Shown here piece by piece: positions 39,142-52,938 of a stretch of DNA of 64,000 nucleotides (within the stretch, counting starts at the first letter, position 1; each line of letters opens with the position of its first letter). Made by a program: the position numbers and the translations under genes. Under the pieces are notes generated by a model, which saw only the letters and a list, made by a program, of their open reading frames with translations, was not told where the DNA came from and did no database searches. This stretch comes from Thermodesulfobacteriota bacterium (GTDB lineage: Bacteria > Desulfobacterota_D > UBA1144 > Nemesobacterales > UBA2774), in contig OZ244197.1 in the NCBI GenBank assembly GCA_965216785.1, forward strand, positions 1,504,001-1,568,000. The letters are read 5' to 3'.

Positions 39142-39227
39142 CCCGTCCTGTATCGACTAAATCCGCAATAAAAAGTTTTAAGAAAAAAATCTCTGTGAGA
39201 AAATCATTTATGCATTATTCTTAAGCT

Positions 39228-39752
39228 ATGGGAAGCAAAGAATCATATATATATAAAGGGCTTTACTTTATTCTAGTGTCATTACTTTTGGCCGCGGCTT
39301 TTTATTTCGTGTTCGGGGTTATATTCCGGTACGGGCACCCTTTCTTTAATTACTCTATTTTCCCTGTGTTTTTGGCTTCCTACATAGTGTTAACAGTAAT
39401 TGTTTACCTGATATCGTTTAAAGACAATTTTAAGGATGAGACCCAAAAAAGCACAGGTAGAACAAGAGCCACAGTACTAGTTATGGTGGCGGCGCTTGTG
39501 CTTTCTGCGCTATTCCCCGCGACCGCTCTTTTTGGCCTTTACCCTGTGACTATGGCTATGTTTCATCTGCTGATACTATTTTACGCTGGCATAGCTGTGG
39601 CCGCGCTCAGCCTCTCCGGAGTTATCACTCTATGGAGAAACGGCGCAGTGTTCTCGGCGCTCAATAAAAGCGTATTCACCTTCTCCGTTGTGATATCGCT
39701 TGGTATCTCGTACATGACTTTATACCTTTTCAGACTTTTACCTCTCTCTTAA
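39228..39752 (+). CDS. hypothetical membrane protein
   Basis: 174 aa with about 5 hydrophobic segments. Confidence 0.7.
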   Translation: MGSKESYIYKGLYFILVSLLLAAAFYFVFGVIFRYGHPFFNYSIFPVFLASYIVLTVIVYLISFKDNFKDETQKSTGRTRATVLVMVAALVLSALFPATALFGLYPVTMAMFHLLILFYAGIAVAALSLSGVITLWRNGAVFSALNKSVFTFSVVISLGISYMTLYLFRLLPLS

Positions 39753-39791
39753 TCAGGTAGTTTATAATTAATAATTCGGGGAGGTTTAAAT

Positions 39792-40130
39792 ATGAATTCC
39801 AGATTCAAGCTTTATATCATAGCACTTTTATTAATTCTGCCGCTCTCGGCATGCTCTCTTTTTAACCCCTTTGTCGGTAAGTGGAAGTCGGGCATTATGG
39901 AGCTTGATTTTAAAGCCGACAAAACCTTTAAGCTTGTTATTGGTAGCACTATCTCGATCAACCTTGAAGGCGACTACAGTTATGATGAAGAGACTCTAAC
40001 GTTGAGTATCGAGGGAGATACGGATGTTACTTTCTCCTACACCTTTAAGGACGGAAACAAAGAGCTCGTGCTCGTGCCGAAGAGCGATTTTGAATACATA
40101 AAGACTAAAATCGAGCTTAAAAAACAATAG
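39792..40130 (+). CDS. putative lipoprotein (small beta-barrel, lipocalin/DUF5640-like)
   Basis: lipobox PLSAC, VGKW...F..D.TF...G.Y pattern; GGAGG SD. Confidence 0.7.
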   Translation: MNSRFKLYIIALLLILPLSACSLFNPFVGKWKSGIMELDFKADKTFKLVIGSTISINLEGDYSYDEETLTLSIEGDTDVTFSYTFKDGNKELVLVPKSDFEYIKTKIELKKQ

Positions 40131-40164
40131 TTTGCTTACACATTTTTCCCTTTAATATAATCAA

Positions 40165-42198
40165 ATGATACAGCTATCCGGTATATCTTTATCTTTTGGC
40201 TCAAGAGAGATATTTAAGAGCCTGAATTGGAACATCAAACAGGGTAAGAGAATCGGTCTCTTCGGCCCAAACGGCGTTGGTAAGACTACGCTCCTAAACA
40301 TGATAGCGGGCAGGTTTGCGCCTGATGAGGGCAAGCTTTCAATCCCGCCATCACACGTGATCGGCTATCTCCCTCAGGAGGCTCAGGAGATAGCTACAGA
40401 CAAAACCGTTGTGTCTGAAGCCCTGAGCGCGTTTAAGGACATAAAGGAGCTTGAGCGTGAAGAGGAAAAGCTCACGAAAGAGCTTGAATCGAGTAGGGAT
40501 GAAAGCTCCCCTGAGTACAAAAAAATACTTCTGAGACTGGACTCCGTGCACGAAGAGCTCCGCTCCAGGGACTCGCACACGGTACGTTTCCAGGCTGAGA
40601 AGATGCTCACGGGGCTTGGCTTTGAAGCGGGAGAGTTGGAAAAAGAGCTCGGTACTTTCTCGGGCGGATGGAGGATGAGAGTGGCGCTTGCAAAGCTCCT
40701 TCTTAGAAAGCCAAACGTCCTCTTGCTCGATGAGCCGACGAACCATCTGGATATTGAAAGCATCGACTGGCTCGAAGGTTATTTGCAGAGGCTTGAAGGA
40801 AGCGTGGTGCTGGTGTCTCACGACCGCTATTTTCTGGATAGAATGGTGAACACTATAGCGGAGCTCGAGGGCGGGCAGATTACAGAGTACGCGGGGAATT
40901 ACTCTACATACCTCACTGAAAAGAGCTCCAGGCTTGAAATACAAAAAGCGGCTTATGATAATCAGCAGAGAATGATAAAAGATACGGAGCGGTTTATCGA
41001 GAGGTTCCGCTACAAGAACACGAAGGCAAAACAGGTGCAGAGCAGGGTTAAAATGCTCGAGAAGCTAGAGAGGCTCCCCGAGCCCGCAAGCGAGGGCGCT
41101 CAGGTTCATATTAAATTCCCGGAGCCAGAGCGATCGGGCAAAGTGGTGCTGGAACTATCTGAATTCACAAAAATCTACCCCGGTGTAGGCGGGGTGGAAA
41201 ATGAGGTGTTTTCAGACGCGGGACCGCTTAGTATTTCGAGAGGTGACAAGATTGCTCTAATCGGCAAAAACGGCGCGGGCAAGAGTACGCTGTCACGGAT
41301 ACTTGTGGGCGAAGAGTCGTTTTCCGGGGATAGAAAAATGGGGCATAAAGTCGAACTGACTTTCTTTGCACAGCACCAGGCCGAGACGCTCGACCCTAAA
41401 AACAATATCCTAGAGGAGCTCGAGTCTGAGAGCAGGGGAAGGAGCGAAACCGAAATCCGCTCGCTCCTGGGAGCTTTCCTGTTCTCGGGAGAAGAGGTTT
41501 ACAAAAAAGTCGGGGTGCTTTCCGGAGGGGAAAAGAGTAGGGTGGCTCTGGCAAAGACGCTTTTATATCCTAAGAACTTCATGATCCTGGACGAGCCTAC
41601 GAACCACCTGGACATACAGTCAAGAAATGTTCTCGTAGACGCGTTAAGGCAGTACGGCGGCACCTTTGTTATTGTAAGCCACGACCGGCATTTCCTTGAC
41701 CGTGTGGCAAATAAGATCTGGTACGCGGAAGATAAGAAAATCGTCACCTACCCCGGTACTTATTCCGAATTCCGTTATCACCAGGACCTAAGGGAGGGCG
41801 GGGGCGAAGCTGCTGACTCAACCCGGACCGAAGCTATATCCGGCACTAAAAATATTGGTCGTAAAAACCCCGAAGAAACAAAGCGTGAGTCTGCTCAAAG
41901 ACGCAACCGCCTGTACAGAGAGTTAAAGGAGCACGGGCTCGAGGGAATGGACAACTGGAGCGAGCTTACGCACGCTCAGCTAAAAGACGCGCTTTCGGAG
42001 CTCGAAGTGAAAATCCACGGGTTTGAAGAAGACAGGGATAAACTGGAGCAGTTTCTGGCAGACCCCGAGAGCTTTAAAGACAAGGAGCGGTCCGAAGAAG
42101 CCGCTCAAGATTTTAGCAGGCTAAACGAACATCTTAAAAAGCTATACGAAACCTGGGATTCGGTATCATCTCATTTAGACAGTATCTCCGTAGAATAA
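40165..42198 (+). CDS. ABC-F family ATPase (YheS/Uup-like)
   Basis: two NBDs (GPNGVGKT, GKNGAGKS; SGG; DEPTNHLD), no TM, C-terminal coiled coil. Confidence 0.93.
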   Translation: MIQLSGISLSFGSREIFKSLNWNIKQGKRIGLFGPNGVGKTTLLNMIAGRFAPDEGKLSIPPSHVIGYLPQEAQEIATDKTVVSEALSAFKDIKELEREEEKLTKELESSRDESSPEYKKILLRLDSVHEELRSRDSHTVRFQAEKMLTGLGFEAGELEKELGTFSGGWRMRVALAKLLLRKPNVLLLDEPTNHLDIESIDWLEGYLQRLEGSVVLVSHDRYFLDRMVNTIAELEGGQITEYAGNYSTYLTEKSSRLEIQKAAYDNQQRMIKDTERFIERFRYKNTKAKQVQSRVKMLEKLERLPEPASEGAQVHIKFPEPERSGKVVLELSEFTKIYPGVGGVENEVFSDAGPLSISRGDKIALIGKNGAGKSTLSRILVGEESFSGDRKMGHKVELTFFAQHQAETLDPKNNILEELESESRGRSETEIRSLLGAFLFSGEEVYKKVGVLSGGEKSRVALAKTLLYPKNFMILDEPTNHLDIQSRNVLVDALRQYGGTFVIVSHDRHFLDRVANKIWYAEDKKIVTYPGTYSEFRYHQDLREGGGEAADSTRTEAISGTKNIGRKNPEETKRESAQRRNRLYRELKEHGLEGMDNWSELTHAQLKDALSELEVKIHGFEEDRDKLEQFLADPESFKDKERSEEAAQDFSRLNEHLKKLYETWDSVSSHLDSISVE

Positions 42199-42301
42199 AC
42201 CGCTTACTTCTCATATTATTCTATCTTAAGCTCCACCTAACTTTAGGCATGTATTATGGGATGAGTTTAGCCGTCTTTTGATTCACAGAACATGTCGGGG
42301 A

Positions 42302-43171
42302 TCAAGACCTGCCGTATGCCATATTCTCGAGCCTTCTGATGCGCTCTTCCATGGGCGGATGTGTGCTGAATAGCTTCCCTATTCCGCCGTGAAGAGGGCT
42401 CGCAATGAGCATATGAGATGTGCTGTCGGCGACCTGCTCGCTTACCTGAAGCGGAACCCTGCCGGAGGCGGCTCCGAGTTTTCGGAGCGCGTTTGCCAAA
42501 GAGATGGGGTTGCCGCATATCTCGGCCCCGCCTTTGTCGGCTCCGTATTCCCTGGTTCTAGAGATCGCGAGCCTTATAATAGTGGCCGCAATCGGCGCCA
42601 GTATGGCCATTGCTATGAGAGCAAAGGGGTTTGCGCCCCTGTCCCTTCCGCCGCCCCCTCCGAAGATGGCCGCAAACTGCGCCATGTAGGCAAGATACGT
42701 TATGGCCGTCGCAAGAGTGGCCGCGATCGAGCCGATCAATATGTCTCTGTTCTTAATGTGGGCAAGCTCGTGAGCAAGAACGCCCTTGAGCTCGTCACGG
42801 GTGAGCAGTCTCATAATCCCCTGTGTAACAGCAACCGCGGAGTGGTTATAGTTTCTCCCTGTAGCGAAAGCATTTGGCTGGTCCTGAGGGGTGATATACA
42901 CCTTTGGCATTGGGAGTCCCGCGTTTTGTGCGAGCTCCTGTACGTCTCCGTAAAGCTCCGGGGCGTCCTCGTACTTTACCTCTTTACCTTTGTAGAGGGA
43001 AAGCACTATCTTGTCGCTCCACCAGTAACTGGCAAAGTTCATGACGAGCGCGATGATAAGTGCTATCGTCGCTCCGCCCTGGCCCCCGAAATATGCGCCG
43101 ATCGCGAGCAGAATGCCCGACATCCCGGCAAGTAGTATTACGCTCTTAAGAGTATTCATAACGAGTTTCAC
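42302..43171 (-). CDS. htpX: zinc metalloprotease HtpX
   Basis: PNAFATG, HELAH, SRTREY.AD, FSTHPP. Confidence 0.95.
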   Translation of the reverse strand: MKLVMNTLKSVILLAGMSGILLAIGAYFGGQGGATIALIIALVMNFASYWWSDKIVLSLYKGKEVKYEDAPELYGDVQELAQNAGLPMPKVYITPQDQPNAFATGRNYNHSAVAVTQGIMRLLTRDELKGVLAHELAHIKNRDILIGSIAATLATAITYLAYMAQFAAIFGGGGGRDRGANPFALIAMAILAPIAATIIRLAISRTREYGADKGGAEICGNPISLANALRKLGAASGRVPLQVSEQVADSTSHMLIASPLHGGIGKLFSTHPPMEERIRRLENMAYGRS

Positions 43172-43291
43172 CTCTATAAATGGATATCACTAAAAACCCT
43201 TTATTTAAAATATATTATCAAGATAATGCCTAAGCCCCAAAATTCAAGTATCATTTCATGCCTATAAAATCGGTTTTGACGGGAATTTTAA

Positions 43292-43606
43292 ATGATTGGA
43301 CAAATAATATGGCCGTTGCTAAGCGGGTTTACTAATGCGTTTTTGCTCACGAGAGTGGTACAGTACTTTCTTAAGTTTACAAAGCTGCCGGGTAAAACTA
43401 GAGCTTATATTACATTTTTTCTTATCTCTTCAATTGACCTTATAGGCCTGGTAATATACTTCGGCGATATCAGAAACGGCCTTTCGGCATTGCTCTTTTT
43501 TTATATGCCTTTTCTAGTTATGTGGCTTATGAAAGACTTATTGGAGGCTTCTAGATTAGAAAGGGAGAAGGCAGAGGAAGAAAAACAACCAGGACGAGCG
43601 GAATAA
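43292..43606 (+). CDS. hypothetical membrane protein
   Basis: 104 aa, 3 hydrophobic segments, charged tail. Confidence 0.65.
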   Translation: MIGQIIWPLLSGFTNAFLLTRVVQYFLKFTKLPGKTRAYITFFLISSIDLIGLVIYFGDIRNGLSALLFFYMPFLVMWLMKDLLEASRLEREKAEEEKQPGRAE

Positions 43607-43608
43607 CT

Positions 43609-43896
43609 ATGGACATAACAGACAGAAAGAATAATAAGATCGATATAGTGCTAACTCTCTACGGCGATATACTGTATGACCTGAGCCAAAAAATCGGCCG
43701 TAAGGACATAGACTACGACGCCGTAAAAAGAGCTGCGCATGAGGTGCTTGACGAATCTCTCACAGATATGGACCTTTCCTCAATACTTAAGCTCGAGGGC
43801 AGCTTAAACGGAAAATTCCCGGGTGTGCAGAGCCGCTTAAAGAAACTCCTTAAAGTCCAGGTAAAGAAGCGTATCCTTAACGGGCAGGCTGAATAA
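43609..43896 (+). CDS. hypothetical protein
   Basis: 95 aa ORF 2 nt after the previous stop. Confidence 0.65.
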   Translation: MDITDRKNNKIDIVLTLYGDILYDLSQKIGRKDIDYDAVKRAAHEVLDESLTDMDLSSILKLEGSLNGKFPGVQSRLKKLLKVQVKKRILNGQAE

Positions 43897-43949
43897 TTCT
43901 TCTAAGCAGTCACAATTTTTTCATATTTAAAACGGTTTAGACATACTCT

Positions 43950-43978
43950 TTGACATCTTTTTTATTCTTTACTAGAAT
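43950..43978 (+). promoter_or_regulatory. sigma70 promoter for purC
   Basis: TTGACA-N17-TAGAAT. Confidence 0.75.
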
Positions 43979-44044
43979 CTTCATCTGAGGTTCCAAATCT
44001 TATATCAAGGGAGAGGGTATATTACGTCACAGGAAGGAGTTTTA

Positions 44045-44914
44045 ATGCAGACGGAGTTTCTGGGAGTAGGCGCGCCTAAAAGGGGAAAAGTGCGCGATAT
44101 ATACGATTTGGGGGATGAGCTCCTCATAGTAGTATCGGACCGTATATCGGCGTTTGACGTAATTTTGCCGCAGGGAATTCCCGGAAAGGGAGCGGTGCTG
44201 AATCAGATCTCAAAATACTGGTTCAACAACACGGCCGATATAATACCGAATCACCTCATATCAACAGAGGTTTGCGATTTCCCGCACGAGTTCCACGCTT
44301 ACGCAGATGTTCTCGAGGGAAGGAGTATGCTCGTGCAGAAGACAAAGCCGCTTCCGGTCGAATGTGTCGTCAGGGGATACATTACAGGCTCTGGCTGGAA
44401 GGAATACCAAAAGAGCGAATCCGTTTGCGGTATAGCGCTTCCGTCAGGACTCGTGGAATCGGACAAGCTGAAAGACCCTATATTCACACCTTCCACTAAG
44501 GCCGAAGAGGGCGAGCACGACGAGAATATAACCTTTGAGCAGACGGTAGAGCTGATAGGGCAGGAGCTTTCTGAAAAAGTAAGGGACGTAAGCATAGCGC
44601 TCTATTCCAAGGCAAGAGACATAGCGGACAAGAAAGGGATAATAATCGCCGACACAAAGTTTGAGTTCGGTCTTGATGACGACGGACAGTTGATCCTGAT
44701 TGACGAGGCGCTGACGCCCGATTCATCAAGGTTCTGGCCAAAGGACGACTACGAGCCCGGAAGGGGACAGAAGAGCTTTGACAAACAGTTCGTAAGGGAC
44801 TATCTGAGCTCGATTGGGTGGGACAAAAACCCTCCTGCCCCGGACCTCCCGGAAGATGTGATACTAAAGTCATCAGAAAAGTATCATGAAGCCCTGGACA
44901 GACTTATTAAGTGA
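44045..44914 (+). CDS. purC: SAICAR synthetase
   Basis: [52 protein letters not shown]. Confidence 0.97.
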   Translation: MQTEFLGVGAPKRGKVRDIYDLGDELLIVVSDRISAFDVILPQGIPGKGAVLNQISKYWFNNTADIIPNHLISTEVCDFPHEFHAYADVLEGRSMLVQKTKPLPVECVVRGYITGSGWKEYQKSESVCGIALPSGLVESDKLKDPIFTPSTKAEEGEHDENITFEQTVELIGQELSEKVRDVSIALYSKARDIADKKGIIIADTKFEFGLDDDGQLILIDEALTPDSSRFWPKDDYEPGRGQKSFDKQFVRDYLSSIGWDKNPPAPDLPEDVILKSSEKYHEALDRLIK

Positions 44915-45076
44915 AGCGGGTTTGTTAACTGAGTCAGGCTTAAATTTGAGTATACTGATCGCCGGTGTTAATCTCGGTTATGACTTTTAGATAGGAATGA
45001 GATGATGCGCCGAATCTATGCGGGTTATTCCACTCGTTTGTATTCGTATCGATACTAATTTGTGTGGTCATTCAAA

Positions 45077-45895
45077 ATGGAATCTGTAAGCATACTGGGA
45101 TGTGGCTGGCTTGGGCTTCCTCTGGCAGAGAGCCTGCTTGAGAGGGGCTATAGGGTGAAGGGGTCCACTAGAAATTTTGCTCATCTGAGTAATCTTAAAC
45201 CAAAAGGAATAGAGCCTTATTATATATCGCTTAACCCGTACGTGATCGGCAGGAACATTAGTGAATTTCTTTCCTCAGAGGTGCTGATACTCAACTTCCC
45301 GCCCGAGAGAAGAGAGGATATAGAATCCTATCACGTTACCCAAATCGAGCACCTTATATACGAGCTTAAGTATAGTCCTGTGAGTAAGATAGTGTTCATA
45401 AGCTCAACATCGGTCTATCCGAATCTTAACCGCGAAGTAGTTGAGAAAGATAGTGTTTCACCCGAAAAACCCTCTGGGAGAGCACTCCTTTCCGTAGAGC
45501 GGTTACTTCTGGGTAGCGGCGATTTCGAGACTACTGTAATAAGATTCGGGGGGCTCATAGGGTATGACCGAAAGCCAGGGAGGTTTCTATCCGGAAGGAA
45601 GGGGCTAACGGGCGGAGACTCCCCCGTGAATCTCATACACCGTGACGATTGTATCGGGGTTATCGAAACCATAATGGATAAAGGTGTTTGGGGAGAGAAT
45701 TTTAACGCTTGCGCCGATATGCATCCCAAAAGAAAAGACTACTACTCTGAGCAGGCGAGGATCGGGGGTTTTGATCCCCCGGAGTTCAAAGAGGATGAAG
45801 CAAGCGATCATAAAATCGTAAGCTCCGCGAAGCTAAAGAGCCATACAGGTTATGAATTTAAGTATCCCGACCCTTCGAAAATAGAAGAAACTTAG
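45077..45895 (+). CDS. atypical SDR / NAD-dependent epimerase (YeeZ-like)
   Basis: ILGCGWLG, SSTSVY, NLIHRDD; ATG 45077 preferred over GTG 45062. Confidence 0.85.
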   Translation: MESVSILGCGWLGLPLAESLLERGYRVKGSTRNFAHLSNLKPKGIEPYYISLNPYVIGRNISEFLSSEVLILNFPPERREDIESYHVTQIEHLIYELKYSPVSKIVFISSTSVYPNLNREVVEKDSVSPEKPSGRALLSVERLLLGSGDFETTVIRFGGLIGYDRKPGRFLSGRKGLTGGDSPVNLIHRDDCIGVIETIMDKGVWGENFNACADMHPKRKDYYSEQARIGGFDPPEFKEDEASDHKIVSSAKLKSHTGYEFKYPDPSKIEET

Positions 45896-46157
45896 TACGT
45901 CCTCGGTGCTATAGATCCTATATATAGCTTGGTTTTATTGCTTGTTCTGTTATAATTAACTGTATTGAATAGTTATATCACCATTGGGGTATCAAAAATA
46001 AACCAAATCAGCCTAGAGGAAACCTCTTCCAGGTTTATCAACTTTTTGTGTAAACAGACCATATGACATCAATATATAGCATATATATTGAAGCTGAGAT
46101 AAGAGCGCTGAACGAGGGCTGCAGTTCAAAATCCACAGGAGGATATAGCATACGCAT

Positions 46158-47129
46158 ATGCAAGAATCCGTAAGTTACCAAAACGGTGTTAAGAGAGAGC
46201 TTGAGTTTGAGGATAACGCGATAATAAAAGAGCTCTACGGTCAGCAAAACACAAACCTGAAGGAAGTAGAGAACCTATACGGTGTGAAGATCCATTCAAG
46301 AGGCGGTAAGCTCAGCTTCGAGGGGGAAGACCCTGAGGTACAGTCGGCTCACAAGCTCCTAAAGGAGATTTACGGGCTAATTGAAAAGGGTTATACCCTT
46401 AACCCCGGAGACCTGGAGCTTGCCTCGCGAATAGTGGAAGAAAACAAGATTAAGCTTGAGGATATATTTCTGGATACCATATGCGTATCTACGAGAAAGA
46501 GGATAATTGCTCCCAAGAGTCTAACTCAGAAGCTCTATATAGAGTCGATACGAAAACACGATATAGTGTTTGGAGTCGGCCCGGCGGGAACGGGAAAGAC
46601 CTATCTTGCAATGGCTATGGCGGTGTCGGCATTCGTAAATAAAGAAGTGAACCGAATAATACTGACAAGGCCGGCAGTTGAAGCCGGAGAGAAGCTCGGA
46701 TTCCTACCCGGCGACCTCACACAGAAAGTAGACCCGTACTTAAGGCCGCTATTGGACGCGCTTTTCGACATGCTGGACTACGACAAAGCCACTAGGCTTC
46801 TTGAGAAAGGAGCGATAGAGGTTGCCCCGCTCGCGTTTATGAGGGGAAGGACCTTAAACGACGCGTTTGTGGTGCTGGACGAGGCACAGAACACGACTTC
46901 GATGCAGATGAAAATGTTTCTTACAAGGCTCGGTTTCAGTTCAAAAGCTGTTATTACAGGCGATACCACCCAGGTGGACCTTGCTTCTGATGAGAAATCG
47001 GGGCTACTTGAAGCAGAGAGATTGATCAAGCAAATAAATGGTATTTCCTTCGTTTATTTTTCCAAACACGATGTAGTCAGACACCCACTTGTGAGAAAAA
47101 TAATTGAAGCTTATGAAAATATCTCGTAA
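46158..47129 (+). CDS. phoH: PhoH-like ATPase (YbeZ)
   Basis: GPAGTGKT, RPAVEAGE.LGFLPG, FMRGRTL, DEAQN, VVRHPLV. Confidence 0.95.
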   Translation: MQESVSYQNGVKRELEFEDNAIIKELYGQQNTNLKEVENLYGVKIHSRGGKLSFEGEDPEVQSAHKLLKEIYGLIEKGYTLNPGDLELASRIVEENKIKLEDIFLDTICVSTRKRIIAPKSLTQKLYIESIRKHDIVFGVGPAGTGKTYLAMAMAVSAFVNKEVNRIILTRPAVEAGEKLGFLPGDLTQKVDPYLRPLLDALFDMLDYDKATRLLEKGAIEVAPLAFMRGRTLNDAFVVLDEAQNTTSMQMKMFLTRLGFSSKAVITGDTTQVDLASDEKSGLLEAERLIKQINGISFVYFSKHDVVRHPLVRKIIEAYENIS

Positions 47130-47181
47130 GCTTTGTGTTATAATTTTACTGTGAATTTTTTCTACTAATCCGGAGGCGTTA

Positions 47182-47634
47182 ATGTACAGATTGTTTATCA
47201 TACCGGCATTGCTCGTTAGCATGTTTTTATATTCTGGGTGCACGCATGAATGGAAGGATCCGGAAACTTCTCTTGCGGCGATGAATATCAGCATTGCCGA
47301 TCTTTTGACAAACCGCGATATTTATGACAGCGCAGGTGTAAGGGTAATAGGCAGAGCGTGGTACGTTACACGAGGCAATATTGTTGAAAACGATGACGGA
47401 AGCCAAGATATTTATACTATGTTTGTAATCGCGGACAGGAAAGGGACTGGTATAGACGTTTATGTGCCCGGGGAGGCACCGGTAAACGAAGGTGATTTTC
47501 TTCGTGTAGTCGGTATATATAGAAAGCAGTTTCAGCCAGAAGGCGACTATTTTTCAAACAGGATTGACGCAGTCAGACTTGAGTCATGGCAGCCCGGAAC
47601 CAATTATTGGATAAGAGAATTCGAATTTGATTGA
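47182..47634 (+). CDS. putative lipoprotein with OB-fold-like domain
   Basis: lipobox LYSGC; ISI.DLL...Y...V.V.G...GD..RV.G pattern. Confidence 0.65.
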   Translation: MYRLFIIPALLVSMFLYSGCTHEWKDPETSLAAMNISIADLLTNRDIYDSAGVRVIGRAWYVTRGNIVENDDGSQDIYTMFVIADRKGTGIDVYVPGEAPVNEGDFLRVVGIYRKQFQPEGDYFSNRIDAVRLESWQPGTNYWIREFEFD

Positions 47635-47665
47635 TTCCGCCCTTCGTAATTACTTTAGAGTTATC

Positions 47666-50204
<2,539 letters not shown>

Positions 50205-50211
<7 letters not shown>

Positions 50212-51803
50212 TTAACCTGTGTAACTGAGATTATGTCGGGCAGCTGTCTTATCTTTTCTATGACTTCTTCAGATACCGGGGAATCTACGTTGGTAAAAAC
50301 CATTGCCCTTCCGCCTATTGCTTCCCGGCCCAAATGCATGCGCCCGATATTCACACCGTTTTCTCCGAGTACCGAGCACATAGCGCCAATAAACCCTGGT
50401 TTATCGTTGTTTTCGCTCACAAGGAGGTAGCCGCTGGGTACAACGTCTATGGATACGTCGTTAACCCTTACGAACCTTGGCTCTTCTTTGCCGAAAATCG
50501 TACCCGAGACGTTGCTTTCGCCTTCTTCGGTTCTTACTTTAATTGTAATCAAGCTTGTATAGTCTTTTGTTTGGGAGGACTTTGATTCTATTACCTTTAT
50601 CCCCTTATCCTCCGCTATAACTGGGGCGTTTACAAAGCTCACCGGGGTGTCCATCATAGGAGTGAGGAAGCCTTTGAGCGCCGCAACGGTAATGGGGTTG
50701 GTATCAAATTCCGAAACCTCTCCATCGTACTCTATGTGGATCTCTTTCACGCCGCCTTTACATAGCTGACCCTGCAGGCTGCCGAGAAGCTCGGCCAAAT
50801 TTAAATAGGGTTTCATTACTTTAATCACGTCAAGGCTTACGGAAGGCATGTTAACGGCGTTATTTACTACGTCGTTTACAAGAAAGTCCGCTACCTGCTC
50901 TGCGATCGCGAGCCCTACTTTTGTCTGCGCCTCTTCAGTAGAAGCTCCGAGATGAGGGGTAAAAACCACATTCTCTTCAAGCGTAAGTAAAGGGTTTCCT
51001 TCCTCCGGGGGCTCGTTTACATAAACGTCAAATGCCGCTCCTGCAAGCTTGCCTTCGCTCACGGCCTCTGTTATATCCTGTTCGTTTGCGACTCCGCCCC
51101 TTGCGCAGTTGATGAGTATTAATCCTGGTTTTGTCTTTTCGAATGTGTCTTTATTTATAAGGTCTTTGGTGTCTGGGGTTAGGGGGGTGTGAATTGTTAT
51201 GAAATCCGCTCTCTCAAGTAGCTCGTCCAAGCTTACAAGCTCGACCCCTAGTTTTTCGGCGGCTTCTTTCGTAAGATACGGATCATAGGCTATGACATTC
51301 ATCTTAAGCCCGATCGCCCTGTCGGCAACGAGCTTTCCTATGTTTCCAAGCCCGATGCAGCCAAGTGTCTTGCCATATATCTCAACCCCTTTGAATTTGC
51401 TCCTCTCCCATTTGCCCGACATAAGCGACGCGTGGGCCTGGGGGATTCTCCTGGCAATCGACAGCATGAGCGTGATTGCGTGCTCGGCGGTCGTGATCGC
51501 GTTTGCCTCGGGGGTGTTCATGACGACGATGCCTCTTTTTGTAGCTGCTTGGACATCTACGTTGTCTACACCTATTCCGGCGCGTCCAATGGCTTTAAGC
51601 TTTTTTGCCGCATCAATTACGTCGGAGGTTACTTTTGTCGCGCTTCTTACTATGAGAGCGTCGTAGTCGCCGACTATATCGAGCAGCTCCTCTTTTGGCA
51701 TACCTTTTTTTACGTCTATCTCCAGCCCGCCCGCAGATTCGAGAATGCTCAAACCTTCCTTAGCCAGACCGTCCGTTATTAATACTTTCAATTTTGCCTC
51801 CAA
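50205..51803 (-). CDS. serA: D-3-phosphoglycerate dehydrogenase
   Basis: VRSATKV, RAGIGVDN, GLGNIG, NCARG, TPHLGAST; ASB and ACT domains. Confidence 0.97.
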
Positions 51804-51861
51804 AAATACTTTTACAATTTTTGTATCAGAATTGTTCAGGGGATGATCTCAACGGCATAAC

Positions 51862-51890
51862 AATATATGCGAGCTATGAAATGTTGTCAA
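51862..51890 (-). promoter_or_regulatory. sigma70 promoter for serA-hisZ-purA
   Basis: TTGACA-N17-TATATT on minus strand. Confidence 0.7.
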
Positions 51891-52068
51891 TCCGGCGGGG
51901 GTTCTATAAAAGACAGCAAAGCTTAAGAGCGCTAAATCCAGCGTCGTAATTATGTGTTAAACCCGGCCTTTCTGAGTAGCTGCGGGATAGTTCCCACAGC
52001 CTGTGAGACGAAAAGAACTGCTTAAAAATTGTGAAGCGCTAAGTGTTAAGTTAATATTTGGGGCACTC

Positions 52069-52836
52069 ATGGACGAAGCGAAGATGACTTTTATTGATCA
52101 CCTCAGTGAGCTCAGGAGGCGTATACTCTGGAGCTTGCTCGCCGTGGCAATCCTATTTGTGCCGGCCTATTATTTCTCAGCGGAAATTTTTGATTTCCTC
52201 ATGAAGCCTCTTATAGAGAATCTTCCCGAGGGGAGCTCTCTTATTTTCACGCGGCCTGCCGAGGGATTTACGACCTATCTGAAGGTGTCCTTTTTCGCCG
52301 CGCTAATAGTAGCTGTGCCATTCATTCTGTACCAGGCGTGGAGGTTCATAGCGCCTGCTCTTTATAGGCAGGAAAAGCAGATCGTTGTGCCCTTTATTTT
52401 GTTCGGATCACTCTTCTTTGCGGCAGGCGCCGCTTTTTGCTACTACGTCGCTTCACCGCCTGCGTTTAAGTTTCTCTTAAACGAATATTCCTCTGATTAC
52501 GTAAAAGCCTTTCCCACAATCAGAGAGGGGCTGTCGTTTTTCATGGCGTTAATTTTCGGATTCGGCCTGGTGTTCGAGTTCCCGCTTATTATCTTCGTAC
52601 TGGCTAGAGTCGGCATCGTTACGAGCTCCTGGCTCAGGCAGAAAAGAAAGTACGCTCTTCTCGTAAGCGCTGTTGTAGCCGCAATCCTTACGCCTACGAC
52701 GGACGCGGTGTCGATGATGCTGATGTTCGTTCCCATACTGGTATTCTATGAGCTTGGAATTTTGGTTGCGTGGCTCTTCGGCAAGAAAAAAGTAGAGGCT
52801 CCTGAAGAAGCGGACGCTGACACTCCGTTCCCGTAA
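52069..52836 (+). CDS. tatC: twin-arginine translocase subunit TatC
   Basis: HL.ELR.R, YQ.W.FIAPALY..E, FEFP, TP.TD, FYE; ATG 52069 preferred over GTG 52003. Confidence 0.95.
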   Translation: MDEAKMTFIDHLSELRRRILWSLLAVAILFVPAYYFSAEIFDFLMKPLIENLPEGSSLIFTRPAEGFTTYLKVSFFAALIVAVPFILYQAWRFIAPALYRQEKQIVVPFILFGSLFFAAGAAFCYYVASPPAFKFLLNEYSSDYVKAFPTIREGLSFFMALIFGFGLVFEFPLIIFVLARVGIVTSSWLRQKRKYALLVSAVVAAILTPTTDAVSMMLMFVPILVFYELGILVAWLFGKKKVEAPEEADADTPFP

Positions 52837-52837
52837 G

Positions 52838-52866
52838 TTGACAATTTTACTTATTGAAAATAAAGT
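52838..52866 (+). promoter_or_regulatory. sigma70 promoter for the acyl-CoA ligase gene
   Basis: TTGACA-N17-TAAAGT. Confidence 0.65.
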
Positions 52867-52938
52867 TTCATGGTGATAAAACCAGGCTATGCCGCGCATT
52901 GCGGCGAGTCTTAAATTTAATTTCGAGAGGTACATGTC

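Noticed and set aside
45077-45895. SDR as the ceramide reductase (CerR) for the PilZ-AOS-GNAT enzyme
   Set aside because: 22 kb away and its motifs look YeeZ-like rather than NDUFA9/CerR-like; no evidence of linkage.
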